A stretch of DNA of 64,000 nt from an uncultured Spirochaetota bacterium (GTDB lineage Bacteria; Spirochaetota; Brevinematia; Brevinematales; JAOACQ01): positions 32,001-96,000 of the forward strand of contig CAWIGG010000005.1 of assembly GCA_963835575.1 (NCBI GenBank), given 5' to 3'. The notes under the pieces are model-generated. The model saw only the letters and a program-made list of their open reading frames with translations, did not search any database and was not told the origin of the DNA. Position 1 is the first letter of the stretch; each line of letters opens with the position of its first letter. This document shows positions 61,189 to 64,000 of the stretch, piece by piece. The translations under genes were made by a program, and so were the position numbers.

Positions 61189-62347
61189 TACACCTCCACC
61201 ATTCTCTGAGTAAATATGAATTAAACCTGTAAATCGAGGGATCATCATGATTATTGATGTAGCCATCATATTTCAAGGCATTTATTAGATTCTTATATCC
61301 ACTTTCTATTCCATATTTAATTGCAAGGTCATGGATTTCCAAAGATGTTATCTTCTTTTTTTCGGAGATAAAATTGAGTAGTTCTTTTAAAAATGAAAAC
61401 TCGTCCCTTTGGTAGGCTTTTCTTAATCGAGTAAACCATTGCTCAAAATATATTTTATGTTCCAAAGCATTCTTTACTGATATATCTACTATATCAACAG
61501 TTATTCTTTTTATGTTTTCTTCTGTCAGAATCTTATTCACCTCGTCAAAGATTATCTGGAAATAAAATGGAATCCACCATTCCACAATATCCAGAAGGTG
61601 AAGATAAGCCTCTTTAGCAAAAACATATTCGGAACTGTCAAGAATATTCTCAATCAGCTTTTCAACTTCCTTTTCTTTAAGAGGCTTAATCCGGATTGAA
61701 ACCAAGTCATTGATTAAATTGCTATAATTCATACGGCTTACTATATTTTCAAGACCAATGGAACCGGCATAAATGAATTGGAGTTTTTTATGAATTTCCG
61801 GAGCCTGACGGATAACCCTGTTCGTTTCCAGAAAATGAACTGCAGCTTTTTCATCTTCATCCCTTGAAATATTCTCCACTGTTTGAGCAAATTCATCAAT
61901 AAGAACGACAATACTTTCTTCGCCGAAATCAATAGTCCTGACAAGGCTATTCAATTCATCAAAATAAGAGATTTTACAAGCACCAAAATTAATTCCTTTA
62001 TCCATGCTTATTGAATCAATGCGGGAAATTAAATCCTTCAATAATATCCCTGTCATTTTCCTATATTTCTGAATTCCAGAAAGCTTATCCATAATATGAT
62101 GATAAAGCTTTTTATAAAATTCATTTTCGTTATTCACCGATTCGCTGGTATAGTAAATTACAATTCTGTTATCACACGGCTCATCCAGTAAATTAAAAAG
62201 GATGGAAGATTTACCGACTCGCCGAGGAGCAACCAATAGGAGGTTACTTCCCGTTTTTATTTTTTCCCAGATATCATTAATAATCTCAGGTCTTGGGAAA
62301 AAAGCCTCCCCTCTGGCCGCCTGTCCGATAATCGTGTGTATTGCCAT
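61175..62347 (-). CDS. ATP-binding protein (archaeal-ATPase/STAND-like) with C-terminal wHTH
   Basis: FFPR, APRRVGKSS, VLIDEF, AGSIGL, YRFNSYLLREWW. Confidence 0.88.
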   Translation of the reverse strand: MAIHTIIGQAARGEAFFPRPEIINDIWEKIKTGSNLLLVAPRRVGKSSILFNLLDEPCDNRIVIYYTSESVNNENEFYKKLYHHIMDKLSGIQKYRKMTGILLKDLISRIDSISMDKGINFGACKISYFDELNSLVRTIDFGEESIVVLIDEFAQTVENISRDEDEKAAVHFLETNRVIRQAPEIHKKLQFIYAGSIGLENIVSRMNYSNLINDLVSIRIKPLKEKEVEKLIENILDSSEYVFAKEAYLHLLDIVEWWIPFYFQIIFDEVNKILTEENIKRITVDIVDISVKNALEHKIYFEQWFTRLRKAYQRDEFSFLKELLNFISEKKKITSLEIHDLAIKYGIESGYKNLINALKYDGYINNHDDPSIYRFNSYLLREWWRCNVAN

Positions 62348-62524
62348 TATTTTCTCCTATTAAATTATAAATGAGTTTACTTGACAAAATATATTTTGTC
62401 AAGTATTTTAACAAAAATAATTTTGCCATCAATCAAATTCCTACTTATAAATCATGGAATAAAATAATTCAATACATCTTTCTGAAAACAATGAAAGGTG
62501 CCTTATTCCTAATTAACTCATATC

Positions 62525-62760
62525 TTCCTAATCTGTGCTAATAAGTTTCATCTTTGAGAATCAGTATGAAAAATCGGATATTACAAACCAATGAATCAAT
62601 AATAACTTTCGTTCTCTTAATGTCCCTCGTTTTCATGTCTTTGTGTAAAAAAACCCATCATACCTTATATCAATTCCAATCTGGTTTAAATACATAAAAA
62701 GTGAAGAAAACTAACCAACTCTCCGTGCGCTCCGATTCCCTCCGTGATCTCCGTGTTTAA
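62525..62760. repeat. Decayed periodic-repeat arms
   Basis: AATCTGTG..AATCAGT..AATCGGATATTAC; CTCCGTGCGCTCCGATTCCCTCCGTGATCTCCGTG. Confidence 0.55.
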
Positions 62761-62814
62761 ACCCCGATGGAAACTCATTTTACAAAATATTGAAGAAATT
62801 ATTAAAGCTTCTCC

Positions 62815-63141
62815 CTACCCTTCCATCACCACCGCTGTCCCATAGCACAACACCTCGGTCACGCCCTGCATCACGTCATTCGCGTCATAGCGGATGCCGA
62901 TGATGCCGTTAGCGCCGAGCTGTTCGGCATGGCTGATCATGATATCATATGCTTCCTGCCTTGTTTTTTCACAGAGGCTGGTAAAAATAGTTATATTACC
63001 GCCGAAAATTGTCTGCAGTGAACCTCCGATCTGCCCCAGGATCGATCTCGACCTGACGGTGATTCCTCTCACAAGGCCTAAATTCTTTACGATCGATTTT
63101 CCCTCTATGGTGAAAGCCGTCGTTGTGTTTTCAGGTTTCAT
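62815..63141 (-). CDS. YbjQ/UPF0145 family protein
   Basis: LGLVRGITVRSR, AEQLGANGIIGIRYD, YGTAV; GGAGG RBS. Confidence 0.92.
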   Translation of the reverse strand: MKPENTTTAFTIEGKSIVKNLGLVRGITVRSRSILGQIGGSLQTIFGGNITIFTSLCEKTRQEAYDIMISHAEQLGANGIIGIRYDANDVMQGVTEVLCYGTAVVMEG

Positions 63142-63269
63142 TTTATCCTCCCGATTGCTATTTTCTACCACTCAGAATTTTAAGGAGACCATTTAATTAA
63201 TGCAAATACCTTAAATTAAGTTGAAAGACATGATTAATATAAAATTAAACTCTATCTGGTATTTTTCTG

Positions 63270-64000
63270 AGTTTTTGTCAAATGTTGTGTATGACATACC
63301 CTCTCATTTTTTTATGCTGCCTTTTTTACAAGCTCTCCGTTCTCAAAAACAGCGCCTTCCAATACAAGGCTAATCTTTTCATAACCTCTTAATTTTCTCC
63401 ATCGCCTGGATGCCTTATCCAGTAATTTATAGACCATTATTAGAATCGTTTCCCTGGTTCCGCAGCCTCTCATCTTTTTAGTTCTTAATCGAACTGTAGA
63501 GAAGGTAGATTCTATTACGTTTGTCGTACGGATATGTACCCAATGTTCCGCCGGACAGTTATAAAATTCGATCATAAGCTCCCAATCCTTTTCTAAACAT
63601 TCGACAGCTGCTGGATATTTAGGATTAAAAACCGCCTGGAATAATTCAAAAGCTTTGATAGCATTATCCTTATCAGGAGCATTGCATATCTCATGAAGCA
63701 TCTCTTTTGCCTTTGACTGTAATACTTTGGGCAGCTTGTTTAGAATGTTCTTTATCTTATGAACCCAGCATCTCTGCCATCTGGATTCAGGATATACTTC
63801 TTTGGCTGCTTTCCAGAATCCAAGGCTTCCGTCTCCGATAAAAAGAATAGGACCTTTCAAACCTTTTTCTTTTAGGTTTCTTAATATCCCTAACCAAGTC
63901 TCGGAATTCTCTCTGTAACCTTCTTCAACAAGAATAATCTCCTTTTCACCATTCTCATTGGCTCCGATCATTACAAGAGTGCATAAACGGTCTTCGCTGC
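63270..64000 (-). mobile_element. IS256-family element (partial, runs off the window)
   Basis: Transposase ORF plus probable end TTTGTCAAATGTTGTGTA near 63270-63292 (boundary approximate). Confidence 0.8.
63312..64000 (-). CDS. IS256-family transposase (5' truncated by window)
   Basis: GEKEII...GYRE..E.W, IGDGSLGFW, QRCWVHK, IRTTNVIES. Confidence 0.93.
   Translation of the reverse strand, partial: SEDRLCTLVMIGANENGEKEIILVEEGYRENSETWLGILRNLKEKGLKGPILFIGDGSLGFWKAAKEVYPESRWQRCWVHKIKNILNKLPKVLQSKAKEMLHEICNAPDKDNAIKAFELFQAVFNPKYPAAVECLEKDWELMIEFYNCPAEHWVHIRTTNVIESTFSTVRLRTKKMRGCGTRETILIMVYKLLDKASRRWRKLRGYEKISLVLEGAVFENGELVKKAA

Overview
Bacterial chromosomal window from a diderm organism (lolA, many lipoproteins, a sigma-54 promoter). 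The style is spirochaete-like, but the taxon cannot be established from this sequence. A short core block at about 46-53 kb holds tRNA-Leu(CAG), lolA, rsfS and amtB-glnK-glnD. The rest is a heavily reworked accessory region: the end of a type I R-M locus, CAZymes (GH9, PL7, GH16), an ackA/ackA-like/folE2-like operon, an MNT-HEPN pair, an ABC-2 transporter, a degenerate DnaB, and a twin STAND-like ATPase pair with SEL1 repeats. Mobile DNA comprises two near-identical IS5 copies, two IS1182-family elements, a partial IS256, a group II intron and several tiny MITE-like hairpins. Three non-coding patterns stand out. (1) A ~340-bp multi-hairpin dispersed repeat occurs in three copies, and its hairpins hold both IS1182 elements and the intron. 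(2) Three diverged extra copies of the ABC ATPase 3' end delimit cargo blocks, with no integrase present. (3) A family of ~9-10-bp periodic inverted repeats is associated with decayed GxxExxY genes. No CRISPR array or rRNA was seen. All family assignments come from motif recognition by eye, not database searches.
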